Shown here one piece after another: positions 1 through 10,524 of a DNA stretch of 64,000 nucleotides. The DNA lies in the NCBI GenBank assembly GCA_000934665.2, contig KZ537997.1:1-64000 (forward strand). The letters are read 5' to 3'. The translations under genes and the position numbers were made by a program. The notes under the pieces are model-generated. The model made no database searches, was not told the origin of the DNA, and saw only the letters and a list, made by a program, of their open reading frames with translations. The stretch is from Catajapyx aquilonaris (taxonomy: Eukaryota). Position 1 is the stretch's first letter. Every line of letters starts with the position of its first letter.

Positions 1-68
1 GCATTGATAGCTGAAATCATTCCATTTCCAATCCAAGGAGGAGGAATACCACCATGGACACAAAAAAT
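1..68 (-). CDS. Phosphatase exon 7 (partial)
   Basis: tttacag|[12 protein letters not shown]..., the conserved PPP HGG motif; continues beyond the window. Confidence 0.92.
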   Translation of the reverse strand, partial: MFCVHGGIPPPWIGNGMISAIN

Positions 69-3000
69 CTGTAAATAAGTTGATTTCTCTCAAGTTGGCT
101 ACTTTCATAATTATCTATTGTGCCAATGTCACATACTGTATGCTCTGGCAGAGCATAATATACTGGTACTGTAGTTGCTCTTAAAAACTACTTCATTCTC
201 TCACTTGGACTACCCCAATATATTGAGCAAAGTCAATGTCACTCACCTTTCCATCAATGACAGCAGCAACAGGCATTGAATCAAAGACCCCATTGATGGC
301 CTCCCATATCTCCTCTCCAAGCAGCTCCCCAAATTTCTGGTAACACTCCCTTTCAAAGCTGAACATGTGCTGTACATCCCTGATCTCATGGTTACCCCTT
401 AGCAGGTGGAACTTTGTTGGAGCTAGCACCTTCTGGGCAAGCAGGTAGGCAACAACTTCCACACCACAGTCACCACGGTCAACATAGTCACCCAAGAAGA
501 GGAAACTTGCAGGAGTTAATACCGGTCCCAGCCTCCACAGTGCCTTCTCAAAGCAAACCAGGTCACGAAAGTTGCCGTGGATGTCTCCCAGCACATACAC
601 TGGAGAGTGGAGTACCAAAAGGCGTGGTTCTTGCACCAGGATACCTTTAGCTTGTTTGCAGATACTAAGAAGGCAGCGACCCAGAGCAGGTCGGTCCACT
701 GCTCCCCAATCATAGGCCTCCTTGGAAGTTCGTCCTACCCCAAGACGCTCAGCAACCTCTTTCTTCACAGCTCGCTCAAAATACTTCAGACCATTGAGCA
801 TCTCATTGGGCTGTGACTTTTGGTTGAATGTATCCATTGAGGGGAGGCGTTCAAAGCGCAGCTTGGACCAGTTGTCTGATTGGTTCACTGCACCTGAGTC
901 TACAAATTGAAGAAAAAGCTATATAACTTTTGGGGTGCAAAGACAAGTTTAAACTGGGGCTCTGTTAGGCCATGCTTTAAACCCCAGTCTTTGGTTGCTA
1001 CGGCAGCATTTTGGCCTGAATGGGGGATTAAAAGACATCTTCATTTAGATCTGCATCTGAGATGGTTTAACCTGAGGTACAAAAATACAATGAGCACACC
1101 GAAGCAAGACCATGACCATGATTTTGATCAATTTCATCTTCATTGGCAATGGACATGTGGCCAAAATCCCCACAGATAATTTTCATCAAATTTGATGGGA
1201 ATGATGAAACACTCACAGGCCTATTCCTGATAATGATATTCATTGCAACTAGTCATTTTTATACTGCTTGTGAGAACCTCACATGAGTAAGGAGTGAATG
1301 ACTTCCTACATTGTCCACCTTGTCACCAAGACTTTTAATAGTACTGCATTGCATTATTTGCAATGGCATGTACTGTACCTTCCATAATAATTCATACAAA
1401 ATTATCTTAGTGGTCATTTCCCACCATTGGAACAGAACACTTGCTCTAAAACTAATGATGTCATACACAGCTATTGCAAGGAGAGTATCGGACTAGCTCT
1501 CCAACAATCTTTCCAACAGAAAAAATATGTCACTGGATGAATACTCATCTGGAGAGGTTCATTTCAGAATGACTTTTGAAGAGCATGTCTGATTATTATC
1601 AGGTATATGAATAGTGGCATTTCATCATGCATCTCACAGTCAGTCACTTAGGCAATGCAATATATGAGGGTTGGATTTTAAATAGTGACAACCTCTTTCC
1701 CCTTGTGCTCAGAAACGGGGTTGTGGCTTCTGTGCAAGAAGGGAGATCCAGACGGACATGGGGCTTGTTCATGTCAAGTTTGGACCCGATTGTGCTACTG
1801 GTGACAGTGACAGGGTAGTTCAAAGGGGCTGCATACTCATGCACCGCCCTACACCATGGCATCAAAGTTAAAACAGCACTCTTGGTGTCATATTGTGGTG
1901 GGCTGTACCTGAGGGCGGGACTATTAATGCCCAGTACTATCGCAAGTTCTTGAAACACCATCTGAGAGCAGCGATACGAGGCATACGACGCAAGCGACCG
2001 CACTACCTGAACAAAATCCCTATATCGTGTTGCATGACAATGTGCCTTGCCATGTCCCAGCTGCAGAGAGAGAATTATTGCTTCGTTGGCAATGAGAAAC
2101 ACTGGATCACCCTCCCTACTCTCCTGATATGAGAAGTTGCGATAGTACTGGACATTGACAGTCCTGCCTCGCCACCTCCATCTTCAACCAAGAGTGCTGT
2201 TCTAACTTCCATGCCATGGCTTAGGGTGGTGCATAAGGATGCGTCCCCTATGAACTACCCTGTCACTGTCACCAGTAGCCCAATCTGGTCCAAACTTGAC
2301 ACGAACAAGCCCCACATCTGTCTGGATCTCCCTTCTTGGGCAGAAGCCAGAACCCCGTTTCCATGCGCAAGGGGAAGAGGGTTGCCACGATTTAAAATCC
2401 AACCCTCGTATTTTAGTCAGGATGTTATGTATTTGAATATAACTTTCTAATGAGATATTACTTTTGCACATTTGTATTTAAGAGTAAGCTCCTAACTTAC
2501 GTTCGAGATCCCAGAGAGCGTTGACATCAACAACAGTCCCACTACGCTTGACCTTAACACAGTGTGTGGCTAATTCATACTCCTCATGACACATTACATA
2601 TGGCCCTGGAAACTCAGCCTGTCCACCACACATATCTGCCTCTTGCAGGTTCTCATCTGCCAGCAGCCTAGTCCCAATTAAGCTAGGCATACGATTCCGT
2701 TTTTGAGCTGATTCAGTTGCATCTGAAGAACTGATAAAATAATAACATAATATCAACTAATATTTACATTTGCATGGAAGTGCAATCTGTATCATGGTAC
2801 TCACCGCAACCGCTTCAGGAACACTAGGCATGATGATGGTAACCTGAGTAAGAGTGAGGTGCCCCTAAACTTAAGCTGGCCTACACCAGTCAGGAACTCA
2901 TTGAGGGTCAATACATCAGGTGAGTCAGCTCCAAATACCCTAGATGATAAGGACATAGGTTACAGAGGTAGTCAATAAAATCTTATGAAATGCTATGCTG

Positions 3001-5902
3001 CAGTGACCATGCTTTAATGAAGTGACTTCTCATGAATATATTATACTTGAGATATGAAGGCGAATCAGAAAGTAATTGAATACTTTTTTAATTCAGATGT
3101 TTCACTAAACTGAAACTGAGATAATCGGAGTTCTACTGTAGTTTAAGTGCCTTTTCCATATGCCAGGGGTCGAAATATTCAGAAGTAAAGGTGCAATTCC
3201 CATCCCCAAATTGTCATCTGCACTCCAAACTTTGCATTCCAATAATAATAATAATAATAATTTGGTATTGCTTTTTAACACAGCTAAGCCCAGTAATTAC
3301 AAATTAAGCATTCGTGTAATTTGCACTCCAGATGAATTGTCTGGAGTGCAAATTTGGCACCTGGACACAAAATTTAAGCTTAAACCCCTGATATGCTACA
3401 AATATTATACTGTATATTACAAATAGATCACATATTTGGCCAACTTACTTTGCACATTGATCTGCCTCCTTGTCCAGTTCTGAGTTGGCCATGGAAACAC
3501 CCCTGAGTTTGCGAATGTCAGCCACCATGCGTCTGAACTCATGGAACTCAATCCGATTGTCACAATTGTGATCATATAATCTGAAGATGTATCTACACCT
3601 CAGCTCTGCAGGAGGACCTCCATGTTGTGTACAGGGCTCCATAGCTGCCAGCCCATACATGAAGTCGCGGAATGACAAACCACCCCTGTTGTGGATGTCA
3701 AATGATCGGAACAAGTCACTCATACTGTCGTCAGGTGTGCCCAATTGCTTCATAAAGCATGAGAACAACGGGCGGTTCATCATTATGCATGGATAACATA
3801 TCCTGACAAACTCTCGGTATAGGAGGTCTTGCTCTGTAAATGATAAAATTAACAAGTTCATCATATGCAAGGCTCCCAAAAATATGGTCAGCAAGTGTTG
3901 GAGTTTTAAGGAGTCAAATATATCATTTTAAAAACCTTCCTGCATATCAGCACACTCTGCCATGTTATTGGTGCAACTACTACATGCATATTTGGAAAAC
4001 TCTGGTCACCCCATATTTAACAGCTTGCTGTTATTTTATATTTTCAAGCAACTTGAAATGCCAGAAAAACATGCAGTTATGTTAAGCTATGTAAAAATTT
4101 ATCCAAAAATTAAATCTAATTTTATTCATTTAGATTGAAGTGGTGACTCCCACTGACTTTAGGTAGCACTACTTTCAATTTGCACACAAATCCAAGATAA
4201 GAGTATCAGATATGATTATGCTTTCCAAAGTTATAGTGTGTGAATCTCTATATATCCATCTTCCTAACTCTCCTCATATGTCACTCCCTTCATCATATTA
4301 TATTCTACTTCACTCACCTACCCGCCCGAACTTGGCTGACTGCACCAGCATCTCATAAGAGCTCTTCCTTCCCTTGTTGGCTTCAGGCAAGACATACACA
4401 TTGGCAGCCCCAACTTCATTGAGAGAGTAGTTGGTTTGAAATTCCGTAGGGTCGTCCAACTTGCGGATCAGGTCCAATAACTCTGGGCTACGTAGGGAGA
4501 AGGAGCTGTGCAGGCGAGATATATCTGGTAGGCGCATCCATTGGCACAGCCTTTCCATTTCGTTGCTTAGGGTAATGTGCCGACCATTCTTCACAGTCAC
4601 GTGAAAAGTTACTATACTTGGTAGAAGTTCGACACCAGGGTACCATATCCTCTGGATCTTCACTGTTTGTTCACAATGAACACCTAAGTCTGAAAATATC
4701 TGCAAACAAAAATTTGCATAGAATTAGTCACCAATAATGTTTTTTTGTATTACGGGAGCATAGGAGTACACATCCACAAGCATGGTAGAGCCTACTTGTA
4801 ACAAGTAGTCACAGGAAAATATACAGGGTGGAGCAAAAGTCATGGGCGGATAAAACGACGCAGCATGGCGTAAGTAACGAACAATTATATATTTTTTAAA
4901 ATTACACTATGTAGAGAAAGATATGCCATTTATGGATCAAGGTCCAAAAACGTCACTTCTTGAAAACAACGCTGGATAGATGTCCATCTTTGCCAGCAAC
5001 ACATTCCTCCGAGTGCCGGATGAAACCCTTCATAACGCGCTCGAACACCAAACTCTTCAGGTACCCCCACAAGAAGAAGTCGGGGGTGGTCAAATCCAGC
5101 GACTGTGGCGGCCATGGAATGTCCACAAATCTCAAAATGACCTGCCCGGGAAATACACTTTACTTTTACTTTGTTTGGTGCTGTTCACCACACGTCCTCA
5201 GTCATTGGCTGATCTTAAGGATCAGATAAGAGACGCTGTGAGAAACATTCCCCTGGACATGCTGGAGAGTGTCATGAAGAGTTTCATCCAGCACTTGGAG
5301 GAATGTGTTGCCCGCAAAGGTGGACATCTATCCTGTGTTGTTTTCAAGAAGTGACTTTTTTTGGACCTTGATCCATAAATGGCATATCTTTCTCTGTGTA
5401 GTGTAATTTTTTTAAAGTATAATTGCTTATTACTTATGCCATGCTGCGTCATTTTAATCCACCCATGACTTTTGCCCCACCCTGTACTGTACATACTATA
5501 CCAATCATACCAATAAATGAATAATGCATTATTTTGTAAATAGGCTACCGAAGTAACCTATCTCAGTGATATGCATAATATCTGAATGCTTTGGCCTTTG
5601 GTTCATCGCACCTGCTTGAGAAGCCTATCCCCTGCCGACCTCCATGTCTCTCCCTCGAAGACCCTGGTGAATGGCAACCACCAGCCCTTCTTGTGCTCCT
5701 TCTCGTACATGAGGTACGACGCATCATCCCTGCTGCTGACCAGTATGCAGACGGCGTCCCAGATGCTGCTGGGATCCTCCCCTGTCATGGACTTCTCCCC
5801 TCGCAGCTCCTGCTGCAACTGGGCCACCCCGGTGTGCGATGCCAGTCCGGCGCCCAGCTCTTCCCGAGGAACCATGCCCTGCCCCATGGCCACCGAGGCC
5901 AT
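1..5902 (-). CDS. Multidomain PPP-family Ser/Thr protein phosphatase (Nudix-like N-terminus + EF-hands + metallophosphoesterase domain); whole gene span, 3' end runs off the window
   Basis: Exons 5612-5902, 4318-4699, 3449-3833, 2805-2939, 2501-2730, 247-899, <1-68. All introns are GT-AG with matching phases 0,1,2,2,1,0, giving about 714 codons in the window. PPP motifs GDIHG, GDYVDRG, RGNHE, HGG; EF-hand loop [12 protein letters not shown]. Confidence 0.92.
247..899 (-). CDS. Phosphatase exon 6 (PPP catalytic core)
   Basis: [22 protein letters not shown]; tttgtag| and AAG|GTGAGT. Confidence 0.95.
1665..2408. mobile_element. Non-autonomous mariner derivative with long inverted arms (two 5' ends)
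   Basis: TA on both flanks; termini (C/T)GAGGGTTGGATTTTAAAT; arms about 1665-1950 and 2132-2408; internal transposase relic [11 protein letters not shown]...LHDN...HPPYSPD. Confidence 0.9.
2501..2730 (-). CDS. Phosphatase exon 5 (linker)
   Basis: ttttatcag|, [11 protein letters not shown]...[33 protein letters not shown]. Confidence 0.88.
2805..2939 (-). CDS. Phosphatase exon 4 (degenerate EF-hand); absent from the ORF track
   Basis: catctag|[35 protein letters not shown]..., CG|GTGAGT; phase 2/2 fits both neighbours. Confidence 0.88.
3164..3390. mobile_element. MITE with CAGGGG...CCCCTG termini and a 6-bp direct repeat ATATGC
   Basis: ATATGC at 3158-3163 and 3391-3396; internal hairpin TTTGCACTCCAGA/TCTGGAGTGCAAA. 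Confidence 0.7.
3449..3833 (-). CDS. Phosphatase exon 3 (EF-hand pair)
   Basis: [22 protein letters not shown] and [18 protein letters not shown]; acceptor tttacag|, donor AA|GTAAGT. Confidence 0.92.
4318..4699 (-). CDS. Phosphatase exon 2
   Basis: Acceptor tttgtttgcag|, open frame IFSDLGVH...SAKFGRV, donor G|GTGAGT, phase 1. Confidence 0.85.
4824..5484. mobile_element. Tc1/mariner-superfamily fold-back derivative (two 3' ends)
   Basis: TA flanks; TIR CAGGGTGGRGCAAAAGTCATGGG; roughly 210-bp inverted arms; transposase C-terminal relics on both strands ([20 protein letters not shown]; ...[11 protein letters not shown]). Confidence 0.9.
5612..5902 (-). CDS. Phosphatase exon 1 (start; degenerate Nudix-box-like motif)
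   Basis: AAG-ATG-G start at 5902; MASVAMGQG...[26 protein letters not shown]; donor CAG|GTGCGA, phase 0. Confidence 0.8.
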
Positions 5903-6336
5903 CTTGGTGAATACCTTGGACCCAGCAATTTTGAACTGATCACCGGGGGTCAGACCCCGGCTACGGACACTTGAGAATTTTGCGTTTTCCCGCACTGCAG
6001 TAAACGAACAGCACACGACAAATTTCACAGCTGTCTTTTGTTCAGCTAGCGTAGTTCCGTTGCCAAGTGCAGAAAAAATAATCATTGCAGTCAGTTAGCA
6101 GCGTTAATATTACTTTTAAGAGTATTAATTTATAAAACGATATAAATGATATGAATGATGATTATTATATCATTACTTTCTCTTTTTTGGTAGTTCATGA
6201 CCTGGCCATCTTGGCGTGTTTTACCGCCATGTTGAGTTCCTGACCTCGTGCAACGCACATTGCACACTTGCACCGACTGTTAATCGTTCCTGCGTTTATT
6301 TGCCCTCAGCTGCACACCAGACTGCCTCCAGGTGAG
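5903..6336. promoter_or_regulatory. Probable bidirectional promoter shared by the phosphatase gene and ZNHIT3
   Basis: Start codons diverge 434 bp apart; YY1/Pho-like GCCATCTT (6205-6212) and CGCCATGTT (6225-6233). Confidence 0.6.
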
Positions 6337-6404
6337 ATGTCGACGTGCCAGGTGTGCCGGGAGAAGGACAGCAAGTACAAGTGCCCTGTCTGCAGACTCC
6401 CCTA
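6337..6404 (+). CDS. ZNHIT3: ZNHIT3 exon 1
   Basis: MSTCQVCREKDSKYKCPVCRLP, TA|GTAAGT. Confidence 0.92.
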
Positions 6405-8931
6405 GTAAGTATTGAACTTACAAGTTAGCTGACCTGACTTGAACCAGTTTCAGCATTATAGTTTGACGCCTTAATGAGGAGGTATCAAACTTTTTATAAT
6501 TTTTGCAATTGGGGCAAAAGGCCTGGCTGACTTTTCCCACCTTTGGCCATATAAAATTTTCCTTGTCGTGTGCTGCTACAGTCGACTGCGGATGTAAGAG
6601 ACTTCAAGGGACCGTGGAGGTCAGTATCATATAACTGAGATTTGCTATATCCAAATGCACAGGCCTATGATATTGGCAATAATTATTATGGGTTGCTTTT
6701 AGTATAGAGGCTCTCACATACGGAGTCGACTGTATTGCAGGGTGTTCCTTACTGAGAGACTGAAAATGTTATCAATTTCTGCATCCGACAGGTTACGCTA
6801 ATGGCAGATAATAAGGTATTGGAAATTCTCACTGCCAGCTCTGCAGAAAACTTTCCACAGCATACAAGTTTCTACTATACCTATAGGGTCCTCTATGGGC
6901 GGGTTTATTGTAATGTTGTTGACTTGTTGGCTTCAAAAACTTAAATGAGCATGGATTTAGTTGGATCAGTCACTCTCCGCATTAAGGCCCATTCACACAG
7001 GCCGTCGACGGTTTTGTTTTTTTGGTCTCGTCGACCCCGCGGACCAATCAGAGCGGGCCCTCACGGTATCCATGACGCGTTGTTTACGTGAGGGCCCGCT
7101 CTGATTGGTCTGCGCGGTCGACGAGACCAAAAACCAAAACCGTCGACGGCCTGTGTGAATGGGAATTATACAGGAATTTGGAAAATTTTAAAAAATTAGA
7201 AATGGTTATGGTATCCATACATTTGTGTTTTACATTATGGACTATCACTTTCCTGTCATTTGTCTCACTGTTTGATAACTGCATACTGATATTACATGAT
7301 CTAATTGCCTTGATGTAGTTGAGAACATGTTTGTCAGCTAGCAGTTAAGTTTGCTGTGCAATCTGTTTGTATATACTGCAATGTACACCTTCCATCCTGC
7401 TCATAGCTGTTCTCTAACCTGCTACAAGCAGCACAAGGAGAGTAAATGTGAACCTGGTAGTGAAGAAGCATCTCAAGCTCTACCTAATTTACAAGTTCCC
7501 GGGAGCCAAAATTATGAGGTCCCTGAAGAGGACACTGTATCTGAAGAGTTGCTCAACCAGCTTGGTGAGACACATTTAATATTGCATCCCTGTCTACTGT
7601 GCGGAAAACGAAACGGCGATCTGACGTCATCAAGGTTTCCATGGAAATACCCTCACAGAACAATATGAGTAAACCACGGTCTAATATAAGGTCTTGCAAC
7701 TCCCTCCCCTATGTGTGAGCTTAGTTGTGCACAGGTTTGGCGCTGTCATCTTCCACAGAACACAACTTTGACGTCACGTTCGGGTCACGTTCAGGTGGCT
7801 GGCTCTGTGACTTTCCCTACTGACCCAGCTGCATTAGAAAGAATGGTTCAGGTTGGTTCAGAAAAGTATCTGCCCAAATGTGACTCGAACATGACGTGAA
7901 AGTTGTGGAGCGACGCCAGGGCCAAATAGAACATTCTACCATGGGGGGCGGGGGGGGGGGGGGGGGNNNNNNNNNNNNNNGGGGGGGGCTGGAGTAAACA
8001 GTAGCAACAAAAAGCAATAATGTAAGAAATGATGACATCAGCTCGTCGTTTGGTTTTCCGCACTTTAGACCATGCCAACCCATGCTTTATACCAAGATAC
8101 CAATGGCTACCATGGTAACTCATGGGAAACTCCTTCATTGCTTTTGGTCAGTTTCACCATGGTGATGGGGAAACTACCACTGCAATTTTGGACTAGGAAA
8201 GGTATAACTTAGTTGTTTTATTGTAGTTGAATTGATGTACAATAATAGACATTACTGGAGATGTAGTTAAAAGTGGAACTTCTTATAATGCATTGACAAT
8301 ACAAGTTTATTTGATAGAGTTTATTTCGCAATCTAGTTCTCATTCACCTGTGTTGAAGTCAATGTACGTGACTGCTGTTTGAATGTCAGAAATCAGTAGT
8401 CGCTATTGTACCTGTTCCAACTTGGTAAAATTGGAAATGAGAGTTGAGAGAACTCATATTCACAAGATTGTGTAATGTGCATGTGCTTGTTTGTGCAACA
8501 AAGTACCGTGGCAGAATGTCCAAAATTTGACTCAGGTTTTTATGAAGGACAATTCAGAATACTGCCTGGATTATTTACACAATTCACATTCTCATTTAAA
8601 AAGACGACAAATATTTGAACATCAAGTTTGTGTCCACTTTATAATAATGATTTGTGTATCATCATTCATTAGGAAATGTTCTGTTAACTTTGTTTTTGTT
8701 TTTTTAGAGCAAAGTGAAGGAATTAAGCAAGTGCTGCGTAATCCACATTTGAGGGAAATGCTAGTGGCAGTGCACCAGAGTTCAAATCCAACTAGGGCTA
8801 TGCAGCTTGCAATGATGGAGCCTATTTTTGCAGAATTTGCAAATGAATGCATGCAAATAATAGAGCCTGGTGAGGGGACACCTGCAAGCACCCAGGTTGA
8901 GATTGAACCTTCATATGATGGAAATGTGTAA
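6337..8931 (+). CDS. ZNHIT3: Zinc finger HIT domain-containing protein 3 (box C/D snoRNP assembly factor), 149 aa; whole gene span
   Basis: Exons 6337-6404, 7407-7564, 8708-8931 (phases 2,1). zf-HIT CQVC...KYKCPVCRLPYCSLTCYKQH; C-terminal LRNPHLREML...AMMEPIFAEFANECM. AATAAA at 8959-8964. Confidence 0.92.
6579..6732. mobile_element. pogo/Tigger-like MITE
   Basis: TA|CAGTCGACT...AGTCGACTG|TA, imperfect TIR of about 21 bp. Confidence 0.8.
6985..7166. mobile_element. Hairpin MITE (near-perfect inverted arms of about 78 bp)
   Basis: Arms 6988-7065 and 7087-7163 with a 21-nt loop; CCCATTCACAC...GTGTGAATGGG termini; T/A-rich flanks. Confidence 0.85.
7407..7564 (+). CDS. ZNHIT3: ZNHIT3 exon 2
   Basis: catag|C, CSLTCYKQHKE...EDTVSEELLNQL, G|GTGAGA. 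Confidence 0.92.
7591..8071. mobile_element. MITE with TIRs of about 40 bp, possibly Mutator-like; spans an assembly gap (N 7967-7980)
   Basis: GTCTACTGTGCGGAAAACGAAACGGCGATCTGACGTCATCA (7592-7632) is inverted at 8030-8070; the 9-bp flanks match at only 5 of 9 positions. Confidence 0.65.
8708..8931 (+). CDS. ZNHIT3: ZNHIT3 exon 3
   Basis: tttttag|AG, QSEGIKQVLRNPHLR...YDGNV*. Confidence 0.92.
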
Positions 8932-10435
8932 CCTTTTGTCATTTTTTTGTCTCGTGTAAATAAAAAACATTTTGTAGGAATTTTTGGTAAGTGTAAGCAA
9001 TAGTGATTTAATACATTGTATTCCAGTTGAAGTTTATATAGTGGTGAGAAATAATTTAAGCAGCTTAGTGCCAAAAATTGTGGATCACTATGGACATTTC
9101 AATTGGATCACCCTGTTCATGTGAGTTGGAGAGGAGCATCTACCAGTATTGCATGGGACATATTCCAGTGTGAAGTGAGTAAAATCTTTGAATAAGTTGA
9201 ATAAGTGAGCATTGTGGTATGGTGGTGTTACTTGTTTGAATATGACCCTTCGTCAAGAGTACCAGTACCATATTTTGTTGTGGTCTTCTCCACTACTCTC
9301 GCCTTTGTTTTCATTTTACTTTTGTGTTAGTAGTTGTAGATTTAGACAACAGGTGACTTGAAGTTGATTAATTGGCCAGCCACATCCAGCATTGGTATTG
9401 CAGTGATGTGTGCTGGTAATGACCATCAGACCATGCCTTGTAATTTTTAATTGATTAACATTGCCAAAATTATTCATTTGGAAACCAAGCCCTGAAGCTG
9501 AAACTCACACAGCGGACGACTCTGATGATATGTACGCTGTATACCCTGTGGGCATGTTTTCCACCATGCCTGTGTGATTGCTTCAGTGGCTTGAAAGGTG
9601 TGTGAAAGTTGTGGATTTTTATTGCTCATGAAATTAACAAGTCAAAGCAATTTTTGGGCACATGGAATTCTTATATGGCCTTGCAGAGGTTTAGCTATCA
9701 CTTATTCAACCAATTCTGTACATGCTGGGCTCAGTTTTTAATGCTTCAACTAATAAGAGGTTATCAATAAAATTTTATAACCACTAATTCATGCTGAGGG
9801 GACCAGAGGGGGGTTAAGTTTAGTGACGGCGGACACAACTTGGTGTTACTTATTCTTCAACAAAATGTGACAGTGGAGCTGATACATGTTAGTTGCCCAG
9901 TATCGCTCCCATTAATGCCGAATGGTCAGCCTCTAGAGATGGTGATGGTGTTGTGACACTTTCCTGCCACTTGGAATGTAGGCAGAGGTTTGATTTTGTG
10001 ATGAACTGATGATCAATAAGTATAAAGATTATATTTGTCAACACACCTGTCAGTGACCAGCTGCTCATGTGATCAGTCGCAAGGCTGGGTGTTCCGATCT
10101 TGCCCACTTTTTATCACAATATCTGGCTAATGCGCATGTCTGTAAGACAACTTCATCTTTGTAGAATTTTCCGTACCACTTGTGACCAGCATGATTTATT
10201 TTTTTAAACTTTTAAACCAAGAAATGAGACTGACAACATTCTATGTCGTTGTTGTCCAATTTGAACTTCCTCGGCAATGAGAAAAAAGTCAACTCCAATC
10301 ACACTCACATGATTTGCCAATCTTGTTTTAATATAAGTGGAGATGCAAGACACTGTGAAGGTTAACAAGCAGTATACCTAGTCTTTATAGGATGCACTAC
10401 TTTTGATTCATACTTGATTGTTTAGTTGATTTAGT

Positions 10436-10524
10436 TTTTTTTAGTTTGATTATTGTTTAGTTGATTGATAGTGAGGCAAGTTTTTTTAGTTTGATTATTG
10501 TTTAGTTGATTGATAGTGAGGCAA
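10436..10524. repeat. Tandem duplication of a unit of about 45 bp
   Basis: TTTTTTTAGTTTGATTATTGTTTAGTTGATTGATAGTGAGGCAA twice, with a partial copy upstream. Confidence 0.85.

Noticed and set aside
193..888. Calling the phosphatase rdgC/PPEF, PP1 or calcineurin A
   Set aside because: The EF-hands are N-terminal here, not C-terminal as in PPEF, and the long N-terminal extension does not fit PP1 or calcineurin A; no symbol assigned.
7943..7988. Long G run as a G-quadruplex or poly-Pro ORF
   Set aside because: Interrupted by Ns; homopolymer length is unreliable at an assembly gap (likewise the C run near 42880).
9225..9262. Second hammerhead-like string on the minus strand (TTGACGAAGGGTCATATTCAAAC)
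   Set aside because: Both the CUGA and GAAA core elements are broken.
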